A stretch of 64,000 nt of DNA from Paragordius varius (GCA_964247055.1 OZ176054.1:1612001-1676000); one strand, 5' to 3'. Counted from the first letter of the stretch, positions 11,783-25,256 are shown. Notes: generated from the letters alone by a model not told the origin. Translations and numbers: made by a program.

Positions 11783-13002
11783 TTAACGCTGTGTTGTTGT
11801 TGTGGTAGTTTTCGTGTTGAAGGAAAAGCGGAAATAGTGATTGGGAGGAATTATGGTGAGGAGAGGACGTCCGGAGATTCGGGAAGGAATCGAAAAGGTT
11901 GTTGTGACAAGTGGAGGAAAAGATGGAATATCTTCCGAAAAAAGAAAATGGGTGTTCCGCCGGGTATGATTTATATTTATTACATATTTACTTAAACTTA
12001 ACCGCGAATACATTAAAATATGATTAATGTTTAGATGGCGAGGCTGAAAGTGATGGTGAGGATCGGCGCAGCTGGGCGGGAAGCCTGAAGAAGGTGTTTA
12101 GTAAGAAGCAGCATCCCGGTTTAGGTAATAAACCTATAATATTAATTAAAAAAATTTATGTTACGGTATTGGTAAATTTTACTGTTAAAAACGTGTAAAT
12201 TAGTCTCGTAAACATGGGTAATATGCCAAAAGAAAAACCCTTTTTACAAAACATCGCTTTTAAAAATTTTATTTTTGATTTAGATTTGCATCATAACCAT
12301 AATTGTTTAATTGTGTTTAATATGCTTGAACAAAGTTACACACAACTTATATAAAGAAAAATTCTTAAAAATCAAGAAAATTTTATAATAAATGGTATAT
12401 CGTTTCTCAAAAGTCCTAACTTAGAGATTAAATTAGTATAGGTTTTTCACTCATATAGAAAGACAATGGCGGTTTTTGTGCCTACAAAATATTTACCCAA
12501 TACCAAATACATAATTTAAATCGCATTTTTTATTTTATTCATCCTAAAGTATCTGTGAAAATATTTATTATAGTTTAGCCAAATAGTTTTAAAAAAAATG
12601 ATGTTTATTACATGTTATTTACGTTACGCATTTCAGATGCAAAGCAAGAACAACCCATAAGATGAATTAGGTAATTAAAAAATATATTAATAAAATATAA
12701 AACAAACTGGGGTGTTTTTATTAATAATATTTACTCAACTAAATATATTAATTTAAATAATTCGATATTTTCCATTTCACTATTATAGTTTCAAAGTTTG
12801 ATATTAAATAAATTAAGCGACACTATAAATCTCTAAATTGTAGATTATAGAAAATAATTTTTTTTATATGTAGTTTACCACAGTACTTTGTATCCGCAAG
12901 AGGGCGCTGGTGATTATTTTGAGCCTGCAAAAAGATGTACCCTGCGTATCATTTGCATTGAGATGGTTGATGGAGAACCATCCTACACTACTATCCACCC
13001 AG
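11783..13002 (+). pseudogene. Kinase paralog type S: exons 1-4 fused to a fragment of kinase exon 10
   Basis: Exons 11783-11963, 12035-12124, 12637-12670 (34 nt, frameshift) and 12874-12936, followed directly by LRIICIEMVDGEPSY (compare LGIICIEMVCGEPPY). ATG is missing. Confidence 0.85.
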
Positions 13003-13534
13003 GTATAATCAATTTTGTTGCGAAATTTTTAATTTTTATCATTGAAATTATAAAAGATTGGAATTAGCTTAAATATACATAAATAACAATAAACTAATAA
13101 TCCACAGATTATATTTATTATTTGGGCATATATAAAATGAGCTGAAAAGCGTTGATGCAATAATTATTCAAAAAGGTACGTCTAACATCCTTTTATAAAT
13201 CTAATGAACTCGCCAAATTAAAAAATCGTTACAATAAATTCCCTAAGATATGATATGTTTAGAATCCGTTTTACCAGGCCATTGCTTCATGATTTTTTGA
13301 GGTCAATTATAATTTAATTTAGGTTTTTCAATAAAAATATAATTATTTTACGGATATAGAATAAAATTTCATTAATGAATTTCATTTTTATTTATTGATA
13401 TATTTATTTACCTATTTTATTTTGGTTAAATTTTTTGGTTCCATTTAAATATTAGTCAGTATATATTTGTGTTTATTTTATCTATTTTTATTATTTTATT
13501 AATTGTATTTTTGTTTTTTATGGGAGTTTTTTGT

Positions 13535-16282
13535 AAGGCGTCCAGGCCAGACCTGTGCACCCAGGTAGGGGCCAATATGGATAAGGAATGTTGTAGAGTG
13601 TGTTTTGCCAGTATAAATGTTGTTTCGTTAAAAAGTTAGTTATATAATTTAATCTATGAGGGTAAAAAAGGTAATTTTTTGTGCATTCATGAGAGATACA
13701 GTGGAAAGGGCACTAAGACGTTAGAGGGTAACTATAAAATGTTTTATTCAGGTTTTACGGATGGTTACAGTGGGGTCGCCATAATATGTCCAAGATTTGC
13801 CAATTAAATAATTGAGTTAGACGAGCTGACAGTAGAATTTTAAGTGTCGATCTATTGTTAAATAATAGGGTTTTTACCAAGCGTTTATGCTCCCAGATAG
13901 GGTTGACTAAACCGGAAAAAGATAAATTTTGTGATTTGTTAGACCCAGAAAGACTGTATTAACGAAAGACAGAGAAATAATATCTTGTGGTGATTTCAAT
14001 GGAAGGCTACGGGGTTACAAATGAAAAAGGGGCTAGTTTATTAAGATTTGCCCAATCTTATAACTTTGCTATAACAAATACCTTTTTTACTAAAAGGGAT
14101 AGCCATTTAATTACCTAAGAAAGTGGAAATAAGAAGCCACATCTCGATTATATTCTGGTACCGCGAGAGTCTTTAAGTTTGTTGTGGACTGCAAAGTCAC
14201 ACCTAACTTGCAGATTAGCACACAACATAATTTAATTATGTGTAAATATATGACAGATAAGAAATGCTAAAAAACATAAGCTTATAGCGCCGAGGGTAAT
14301 TAAATGGGATTCCTTAAGAAACAGTAAATAAAGATGTAGAAACGGTAGGCATACTAGACAGGAACAGCGAGCCAGAAAGTGTTTGGTCTAGTGGCAATAG
14401 AGAGGCGGGAGTTAAGGTGAATGAAAGGTGGTAGAAATCAGGATAGAGAGGCATCTGAAAGACGAAAAAATAATTCTGACGCGAGAAAAAAAGCTTTTAA
14501 AATGTGGAGGTTAACCCATTATGCAGAAGACAAAGAAAAATATAAAAGGATTAATAAGAAACTTAAAAGGCTTGTAAGATTGGTTAAAAAAGAAAAGACG
14601 CCATCATTATATGAGGAGAAACAAAGTTTTTAAAATTGCTCGATAAAGACACAGAAGAAAGCTGGACTTGCCTCCTTACGCGACCGCTTTTAAAGACAAA
14701 AACGGCAAAATACTCGTTGAGGAAGGGAAAATTTTTGAAGAGGTGGAAAGAATATTTCCAGGACCTTGAATTGGGCGTCAGTGAAACAAATTTACCCGGA
14801 ACACCAGTTTATATATCTGCGCATATAAAGTATAACAAAAGACGAAGTCTAGGTTGGTTTCGAAGAGATGCCTATAAATAAGGCTGCAGGTCCAGACGAT
14901 ATTAACATAAACTGTTGTAAAATAATGTCAGAGAAAGGTATTGAATTTGTGATGGATATTTTTAATAATGTAGTTACTACAGGTGTGATACCAAGTGAAT
15001 GGAAGGAGAGTTTCACTGTTCCCATTTTCAAGGGTAAAGGAGATAATAATGATTTTAATAATTACAGAGGGTTAAGATTGATGTCGCATACAATCAAGTT
15101 ATTTGCGAAATACTAGAGAAATGAATGAGAAAAATGGTTGTTGTAGACGGTAAGCATTTAGGTTTAATTCCAGGAAAGTCCTCCATCGATCCGATTCACG
15201 CAGTAAGAAGGCTAATGGAGAAGAATATAGAAAAGAAAGAGGAGTTGCAGGTATTTCAATCGAAATTGAAAACGCTTTTGATAGAATACCACGGAATACA
15301 ATATGGTCGAGCTTAAGACGAAAAAACGTTCCTGAAAGTTACATGAAAACTTTAAAAAGCATGTACGAGTCACACCATACCAAAATTAAAACACAGTGTC
15401 AGATCATATTGAAATAAAGCAAGGCGCCTATCAGGGGTCAGAAATCAGTCCGTTCTTATAATATGCATGGAGTAAATTTCAAAAGAAGTGGGGACTGGTA
15501 TTTTTTATGCAAACGACCTAATAGTGCTGTCAGACGAGTTGCATGAATTGAAAGGATTGGTGGGTAAATGGATGGATGTGTTACGACGATGCGGTTTAAA
15601 AGACAATAAAAAAACGGAACTCATAAATTTGGGTGGAAAAAAACGAGAAATGGATTTAGAAAAGGGTGTGTATTAAAAAGTCAGGAGGAATGCAATTAAG
15701 AGCGATTTTAGCAACAGATGGTTCTTTAACGCATGATATAAATCTAAGAATTCGAAATAGTTGGGCAAATTATAAAAAGTTCTCAAATGTACTGTGAGAT
15801 AAAAATATTGACCTAAAAGTCACGGGTAAGATTTACAGTGCTGTTGTATAGCCAACAATGATGTACAACTCACAGACATAGGCAATAAGGAAATCAGAAC
15901 AAAGGCACTTTGAGGCTACTTAAATGAGAATGCTTAGATTAATGTGCGGTGTAACGAGGAATGACGAGGTGAGAAATGTCTAAATAATAGGAGGCACGAA
16001 AATTAAACGGGTAACGCAAAAGATGATGGTAAATCGTCTAAGATGGTTTGGCATGTAGAAAGAAGAGATAATAACTACATTGGTAAAAAGATTGATGATT
16101 ATATTGTGAAAGGTAAGAGGGGAAGAGGGCGACCTAAAACGCGATGTATAGAAACAAGTAAGAGGGACATGGCAAAACTGAACCTAAAACACGATTACGC
16201 CATAGACAGGGTTCTATGGCGGAATAGCTTACGTATGACTGCTCGAAAGAGTTATATCATATAATGTAATTATTATTATTAT
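13535..16282 (+). mobile_element. Near full-length but heavily degraded RTE-clade LINE (AP endonuclease + RT)
   Basis: Broken frames give APE-like WSGKGTKTLEGNYKMFYSG and HLDYILV, KAAGPDDI, NYRGLRL, YANDL and WHVERRD...KGKRGRGRPK; AT-rich (TAA)n-like tail at 16267-16282. The 5' boundary is approximate. Confidence 0.88.
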
Positions 16283-19200
16283 CCCCATAATCGAGTATTT
16301 AAGAAGTTAGACTAAACTATAAATTATTCCCAAAATTAGCTAATAAAATTTGGAAAGAGCGAAATCATTAATACTAAATTATTAGCGCTGTCAATAGGGT
16401 AACTGATTTTATCATGTAATAAAGATATCGCTTTTAGCGCATAAAAACATTAAAATGAACAATAATATTATTTAATTATATGAACTAACCAACCATGACG
16501 ATTCTCTTTAAATTTCCAGCATAACTGAATATCAGTCTTCCGACTCAAATTGGGTCTTTGGATCCCACTGTTTGAATATTTCTAAGAATATGGCACAAAT
16601 CGAAACCATAGGAAAAGTTTGTACTAGTATAACTGCACAAAATTATAAAAAAATTTAGAAAATACTGGATATTACTCATTTTGTAGAACTGCATAACAAT
16701 TTAGCCAATACATGTCCATTAACTAAATAAAGTAATGAAAAAACTATTTTTTCTGTTTTGATCAATGTTTGTGAATCTAAAAACATAGATTTATTTTAAA
16801 ATCAAATATACACGATATTTACTATGATGTTCTAAAATAAATATGAAACTTATTTTAAATCTAAACTTTATGATTTTGGCTTATTTATATAAAATTTTAA
16901 ATAGAATAGAAGCTTAAATGTAAATTGAACAGTTTTAGTTTATCAATTTAAATTTTGTCTGGGATCTCTAGATGCCCCGATTCAAATTCAAAGTTCAAAT
17001 AAGAATTAGCAATAGTTCCACCACCATTCTGTACATTTAGTTTTAATAAGGGTCTCAATATATTAGTTCTTACCAATAACCACTGTTTGACTATATATAT
17101 TTTAAGTGGCTCATATCACTATCTTGATAATTTACTCTGACAGATTAGTTCTTATATAAAATAATTTAATATTAACTTGATTATTTTCAAAAATTAATAA
17201 TATAGTTATTACTTGAGCTGGTTGTGGATTTACACTTTACTGAATACAATATTTGTTAATATTATCGGGTTTTGATATTTACAGTATTTTGAGAAACAAA
17301 CTATTATTTTAAAGTTACATTACTTGCGCCATGAATTTGAACGATGATCAAAAGTGTTGCATTTGCACCTGAGGTGTTTGACAATCACATATAGCCAGAT
17401 ACCTTTTTAAGACACATATTTATGGGCGTCGGTATAATATTTATATAATTTTACGACAATATCAGATCAGTTGTCATTCCAAAATTGAAATTAACATTAC
17501 TTGGTCAAAATTGTAAAATGATGGTATAGAATCAAATATTCTATTTATTTTCAAACAACAAGTTGTAACACTAATAAAATAAGTGGCCAGTTCTATAAAT
17601 ATAGACAATAACTTTGATTTTAAGTGCCATATGGTCTAATACCTAAAATCTTTTTTAGTGTTTAACGAAATTTTTTGGCCCAAATTCAACTTTAAACTCG
17701 TAATTTTTTAGCGCAAAAGAAGAAATTTTTCGAATGTTAGTTAGTCATTTAAATCAAGATGTAAAAGTTATTTGGCTCTATATAGTCAGAATTTTCAACT
17801 CATAAAGATTTACAAACAAACTAATTTAAAAATAATACAAATTATTTTAATATAATTATGAATTTTAAATAAAAAAATAAATTCAAAAGCTTTTGGTTTA
17901 AAAAAACATTTTTGTTTTATCTTTTTTTAACATTCATTGTACACAAAGTTTGAGTTATTTACATCGATTAGTTAAATATAATTATTGACGATCAGGCTTT
18001 CGAATCATGGGTTTACTTCCTATCCAATGTTATAATTATTGATGTAAAACATATTAGCATGCATTTTCACTATTCTTTTAAATGATATATCACGAATCGG
18101 CATTTGCTGTATATTTAAAAAAAACATTTTTGAATAAGATAAAGAGGACGCCAAAATTAAAAAAATAAAGCACAATTGAAAAATATATTTTATGTGATTT
18201 CCTAAAATTTCTTAAGGGTGAATCGTGTTCGTGGAAATTTCAAAAAATTTCAAGAATGAGTTTAGCTTGTAGGTGGTTAATTCATTGTTTTATTTTTAAA
18301 CATTGACTTAGTCAACTTATTTATTTAGAATTTTAAAACTCGTTTAAATAGAATATCATGGGGGTAATTTTACCTGAGCGGAAAAAACTTGGCGAGTTTA
18401 AAAATATTGTTTAAATTATAGTTGACTGAAAACCATTTAGAGTTACACCCTTATTAAAAATATCATCGCAGAGCGTGTTTTCTTTGCTTGGTTTGGTTCC
18501 ACATTAATATACGGGAGTAGTCGTGCATAAGCTCTTAAATTTTAGTAAAATTATTTGGCCATTATATAATAAAACTATTCAATTAATGTCACGTTTACCA
18601 ATATTAACAATTTTTTTAGAAACGTATTATCTGTTATTATGAAATATGTTGGAAACGGGGTAAAACAGTTTGTGAAAACTTTTTCCATAAAATTTACGAG
18701 GTATTTTACATCGATCTATTGATTAAGTTTTTAGTCTTTATTAAGGTTATTTTATGGTTGTCATGTAAAAAAATATCATCAAATATAAATCTAATAGAAT
18801 GCTAAGAATCCTGGATTATAGTAAAACGATTATTAAAAGCGATAAAATACAATATTTTGTTAATTAACTTCCTTTTTTATTTGGCTTATATTATTAAACA
18901 TGGCGATAACAAGTGTAGAAAATTCCAAAAATTTAGAACTTTTCACAAATAAAAATATAAAATTCATTAGACAAGCTAGCTTTTTAATTGCTACATATGT
19001 TATTGATAGTTTTTAAGAATGAAGCACGTTTTTTAAACATATGATGCTTTATTGTAAGGCTAAATGACGGATTACGTAAAATAAAGATAAACGATTTACA
19101 ATTTTTTGATATGGTGAAATTATCACAAAATTTTTTTTTCTTAAATTACTTATATGCCTCTTACTAAGAGCACTTTAAATAATGTAACAATATATATATA

Positions 19201-20528
19201 TTTTATCAGGATTTTCTTTTATACCTTGAGTTTAAAATAGGGTAACGAAAATTTAAGATCATTTAATCAAAAATAAAGTTGGAAAAATTATATTTTATTT
19301 GGAAAATGATTAAGATAAATCCAAAAAGGGAAATAGCTTTGGACATTTAATTAAAGATCAACTATTTATTTTAGTGCATTATGTATCGGAACCTACATAT
19401 TTGGCTCCTTCTCTGGTAAAAGATGAATGCCGTGTGAGAACGAACACTATATTTACTGTTATGTCTTCTGGCCGTCCCGGCTTTTTTGATTGATTGGTAT
19501 AAATTGATAATTTTAAATAGCGTTATCTGGTGTTTTATGCCACAATCCTTCCCATGAAATCATATATTTCAATATTCTGAATCCTTGTTTGATTAATCGT
19601 TCAGACACAAAATTCAATATAATAATTGATGACCAAAGAAAAGAGGCTAGTTTTGTCGAAATCAGCCAGGTGTATTTGTCGTTTGATCAATAAAATGGGG
19701 TCATCAAATTAATCGACGCCTTTTTAGTTGTCTTTTAGCTAAACCGGCCCTAACTAATGATTACAGCTGGTACTTAAATTTTTTGATGATAGTTAAGTTT
19801 CTTCATTTCCATAACCGTTAAGCTTTTAGATTGTAAGGTTCTTTTATAATTTTATTGTAATTGTTTGTTTCTGTCATAACATGTAGTGAGTTTCCCGATT
19901 TATTGTTTCTAATATATGAAACATTCGTGATCAGAGAATTTAAGTTTTCTTACAAGATTAGTTCATATACCATTTTTTAAAGATTATCTATGAACACTTT
20001 AAATGGTCCTTAAACTTTTCAAGTCGGTCCTCACACATAATGGTATTGTTGAGTTTGCTTATGACCGTAGTTTTTACTATTTTTATATTTTAGTACTCCT
20101 TATATAATAGTATTTTTCTTACTTTATTGTCTCAATTTTTTTTCAAAAACAAATCCGACAATAAAATATGAAAATGTTGTAAACATAAGCTCTATAGCCT
20201 CTATATTATGGAAATTTAATTTCGTTTATTATAAATAGCAATGGTGTTTTTTTTTAAAATTCATATTTTATAAAAAGATGCGTAAATCTCGTAAGCGAAT
20301 ACGGAAATGGAATATTTGGAAAGATTAGTTCCATATATTTTACATTGCAATACAGCCAATTTAAGAATAATAACATAATGGATCTATGCTTACAAATTAA
20401 GGTGAAAATTATTTGCGAAGTTTTATCGTTATTTGCTTCTCTTTTTACTTGACAAATATAATTTTAAAAAGGAGGCATATTTTAAGTATATTTGTAAAAA
20501 TGACAATTCATTTTAATTGTTACAGTAA

Positions 20529-23500
20529 TCATACTTTATATGTTGCCACAGTGTTAGCAAGCCATACTGTTGGGGCGGCTATTTCAAGATAAGGATGCTA
20601 AAACACATTGCAAAAATGATGAATGAGTTTAATTTCAACAGCATTGTAATAAATTTACATACCCCCAGTAGTTTAGAGGCGGACGGTCGTTTCGCGACAT
20701 TCTCCAAGCAAGAAGCTATGAATTCGTAGAAAACCTGGCTAGTGGGCGGAATCCATGGCTTGCCCTGGGCTATCATTGTTTGCTTGATCTAAGAATTATA
20801 ATTATATATATTATTAATTAGCATATAATTAAAAATATTTTAATTACCAATGATCAAACGTTATGCTTCTAAAATCCATTATTTGTGCGGTAACGACGAA
20901 GGTGTATACAAATATAAATAAATTTATTGAAATCTCAAATTTACACACAAAGTTATCGCCAGGAAGGATGTTAAAAAATTAACTTAAAACACAGTAAAAC
21001 AAAATACACATGTGAACAAATCAATAATATTAATAACACCTGGCTGGGATCGAGATACTTATAAGGGGGTTCTCCGCAGACCATTTCAATACAAATGATG
21101 CCCAGGGCCCATATATCAGCTTTATTGGAGATCAGTCCTGAAAAATACATTTCCTCGGCCAGATAACAGGCAGTGCCTGCCACCCTGACAGAGGTATTGT
21201 TGTCATAGATGGATACACCAAAATCAACTATTATGATATATATATATAGATACATGTTTGTGATTAATTTTTCTATGAAAGATAATGTGATGGGAACAAC
21301 AGAAAATTCAATTTTTTATTAATAATACATTTATGGCTAAATAATACAGATTATTCAATTTAAGGCTTGAATCAATATTTTTTCCTATAAATTGAATAAC
21401 TTTGATAATATTTTGGGTTATGAAATTTAAATATATTACTCAGTTTGACTGTGCCATTGGTATCAATCATGATATTGGTAGATTTGATATCCCTGTGAAT
21501 AACACTTCTGGAATGAATGAACGATAACGCTTTCAAGATCTATAAACAACAGGGTTGACAAAAAAATATTGAAAAAACTGTAATAATTTACATTAACACT
21601 TTCAAATATATTATAACGCTGTTTAAAATTGAATATAGAGTAAAACAGACACAGTTACGGGAAAAATTAAATAATTAGAATATTTTTATAGTAATATGTA
21701 TTAATTTCCTCATGGTTTGAATTGTATTACCCATAAAAAATTATACCAAAAGTTCTTCGTTCCATAAAAAATTAATGAAAGTTATCTCAACTTAAAAAGC
21801 TAAATAATAACTATAATATATATCAATATTTATAGTCCACTCCGAAATTCTCACATTTTTGGTTGCGGAAAAAATCTTTTACCTTTTGTGATAATTTTAA
21901 CAACTAAATTATAATACTAAAAAATTTAAAAGCATATTTTGCTTCCAAATATTGTAATATTTTTGAAACATATATGGTATTGATGGAAACGGTATAATCA
22001 ACATTAATTTTATAAGAAAGATAATATATATTTAACTTTAATTTGAAGGTGAACAAATCTAATTAAAATTTCAGAGGACAGATTTTTCTGCTGCATCAAT
22101 TATGTAGAAGAGGTGTTTTTACATCATATATAAAGGCTTTTGAATGAGTCATGCTTTAATAAACCATTAAATGCGTTTACATATGATTAAAAATTTAAAT
22201 TGCAAAGGGTCAAAATGAAAGAATTACGCATTATGAAATTGAACAGTGCTTTTTAAAATAATTTTTAATCTTTAATCAGCTATTTAAAATTTTTATAGTG
22301 CATGATACTAAAAATGCTTTGGGACGTTAACAAAATTCAATCATTTGTATCAAAAATAATTCATAAGTGAACATATTAAGTTGAATTATATGGTCCAAAT
22401 AAAAAGCACCATGAGATCCCTGATACATCTTTCTACCAGAAATAATATTTTTAAGCAGAATATTCTTGTTTCCACTGTGTATGAATACTTTTACATCAAT
22501 GTTAAAGTGCAGCATACATCATATTTAATTCAAATAAACATGTAAAAAGCTCTACATTAATGTGAAAAATAAAGATCATTTAGAATCTGATTGCTTAATG
22601 TAAGGATTTAAAAAACCTGATGACAGATTTGGGCTATTAAAGATTCCCAAAGCTTCCGACGAGCCAAATCCCACAAAGTAACCCCATCGATGTTCTCCAT
22701 AATGATCTGTACAAAATCAAAGAAGCAAAGTACTAAAGAGAGAAAGACACATATTTCAAATTTTGATTCAGGAAAAAAAATAACTGCTTACCCATAAACT
22801 GTCACCCGAAAAACTGGAGCTAATATATTCGACAATGTTGGGATGTTTTAGATTCTAAAGTATAAATATTTCATTGATCGTATCGTCATCAAGTTGTTTG
22901 TCCTTAAGTTTAATCTTTTTTAATGCTACCGTAGATTTATGATATTTGGCTAGGAACACAGATCCATATGCCCTAAATAATAAATATATAGTTTAGTAAT
23001 ACTATGCTTTTCTAACAGTATTTATAAAAAATTAATACCCTTCTCCAAGTTTTTCGCAAACATTAAATTTGGACGGGATGTCTTTGGTAATCTTAATTAT
23101 GCCAAAATAATATATGAAAATTGTTAAATGGTTTTCTAAAAATAAAATTCAAAAATCGAATTAATTCAAATCTATTAAAGTTTATCATATAATTCATACC
23201 CACCTCTTTTTGTTGTGGATCGACTGCATCATGATTAGGAACTAAAATATTGATATTAATAAATTGTGAGAAATATTCATGTAATAATTATATATGATAC
23301 ATGAGTTTTCAGGGCAATAACTTTTAGAGAAGCCAAAGCTAAGAATAGCTTTTGCTTTTCCAATAGAGAACTATTTACAAACTGCTTGAATTATAAGATA
23401 AATTCCAAACAAATTCAAAACTAAACCATTATAATTATTATAATATACTTCGAAAATTTTAACTTGCCTTACTTTTTATATTAAATAACTTTTTAATAAT

Positions 23501-25256
23501 AAAAAATGTACAGTTTCCGAACTCAAAATGGAGTTAAGTCTTCAATAAAAAATTAAAATTAAGTAATTCAAAAATTATGTGTACATATGCGATAATTGAG
23601 TGACATAGTTTAAAGCGTATTCAGCAATAGATTATCCAGATTAACTCAATGTTATTTTTAAGAATAGATTTCTTTCTTGTTATATATCCTTCTGACCTAA
23701 ATAATTCCCGGCCGAATTTTGTCTTTTTTATTTTTATTAAAAATAATATTTAGCTTTTTACCGGACAGAACCTGTTTTAAAAATAAATTCATTTGATGAT
23801 TTTGATTTTACTATTATATTTGGAAATCAATCATCGTAGTGCAAGTAATTTTAATCGAGGGGATGGCTTTTAACCCACTTTGAAAAGGGTGTTTTAAATA
23901 GATTTTACTTGCAAATTAGCATAGACCCATCGACACACTAATTATATAATTTTATATTTTTTGTTAAATCTCTCTGAGTTCCGACACTAGTACATTATCC
24001 TATTATATTATGTTTTGCTTTAAAAATTATCGTAAATATATACTTGTTTTTGGAGGCTCAACAAAATCACCAGCGTCTGGCGGAGACAAGATACTGTGGA
24101 CTATATAAAAAGAAAATGTGTTTGTATAATTATCTTACAATTAGGTGACAAAATAGTCCCCCATTATTTGTTTATAATCAAACTTTTTAACCTTAATGGC
24201 GAAATGGAACATAACCAAAATATTTTAATTATTTTATTGATCATATAATATGTAAAATTTAAATATGCTTTAAAAAATATAAATTATTTGTCACCTGATT
24301 CATCTTCGGACTTTTCTTGCTTCGCATCTAAAAATAACGCAAATTACCATCTTAAAAAACATCATATGTGTAAAGATATCATGTTTCAGCCAAAAGAAAC
24401 ATTTTTTCCAGCAAACACAACATTTTTCTGTCTACACGCAACATTTTTTTAGTTGTCTTTGATTGAAAAATGGTATATTTGCTTGAAAACATGTTGCGTT
24501 TAGAATGTTTGTTGCGTTTGGTCGAAACAAATTATGACTGAAAAATGGTTTATTATCTAAAAAGAGTTGAGTGAAAGTTTTTAAATGTATGCAAATTTTA
24601 AAACATATCGAAAGTTAACACTTAATTGAGAGGTGAAAAAACATATGCATTAAATCGTCTTTCTTGATTAGGCGTTTTTATTTTAAATATATATTACTCA
24701 ACATAAGTTATCTAAAGTAACTTAAAACATCCATGTGCAAATATTATCCTAAGTTATGGATTTAAGATTCGTTTCTTTGGTGAAAACAAAAATCGAAGCG
24801 CCCAAATAGTTATAACTAATAAAGGTGTCTTAAACTATATTTGAATATATTAATTTTAAAAATGATTTGGTAAAAAACGGTTAAAAATGTTTTATTCAAA
24901 TTATCACCTGTACCGCGATGCCGCTTCTTTCTAAACACCGCCTTCAGGCTTTTCACCCAGCTGCGCCTATGCTCGCCAGAACTTTCAGCACCATCTAAAC
25001 ATTAATCATGTTTTAATGTATTTGTGGTTAGGTTTAGGTAAATATGTTATAAATATTTAAAATTACCCGGCGGAACGTCCCCTTTCTTCTTTGGGAAGAA
25101 ACTAAGCCTTTTCTTCCCTTTGGGACAACCGCCCTTGGTCCTTCCCGCTAACGTCCTCTCATCCCCATCGTTCTTTCCAATCACTCCTTCGGCCTCCCCT
25201 TCAACTCGACTACTCCCACAACAACAACATAACGTTAAAAATGTTTTAAAGTTCAT
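20529..25256 (-). CDS. PAK/STE20-like Ser/Thr kinase, 12 exons, 403 codons, with one in-frame TAG (young pseudogene, null allele or base error)
   Basis: Exons 25256-25067, 24994-24908, 24327-24295, 24100-24044, 23241-23204, 23091-23039, 22972-22792, 22706-22617, 21539-21440, 21227-21040, 20788-20663, 20597-20529, all GT-AG and phase-compatible. Motifs: GEGAYGSV, VALKK, INEI, HPNIV, HRDIKSTN, DFG, DIWALG, GEPPY, KRPSA, HPYL. TAG at 22855-22857. Confidence 0.88.
24385..24550. repeat. Degenerate miniature relic of the 21-bp foldback family in kinase intron 2
   Basis: ACATTTTTTCCAGCAAACACAACATTTTT... followed by inverted GAAAAATGGTATATTTGCTTGAAAACATGTTGCGTTT, resembling the 54073-55451 arrays. 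Confidence 0.55.

Larger units (their letters stand above)
8535..11880. repeat. Tandem array of a ~1.59-kb unit (about 2.1 units) made of kinase 5' exons in both orientations
   Basis: Marker TTCCACTTGGCACAGC at 8541, 10136 and 11721 (periods 1595 and 1585); the units differ by only a few small indels and substitutions. Confidence 0.95.

Noticed and set aside
10684-12935. 2.25-kb palindrome as a foldback transposon
   Set aside because: The arms are only moderately similar, consist of kinase exons and introns with conserved splice phases, and show no TSD or transposon-type termini.
16490-19700. Possible small minus-strand exons (e.g. near 16520-16640 and 19390-19500)
   Set aside because: No consistent spliced model or recognisable domain could be built.
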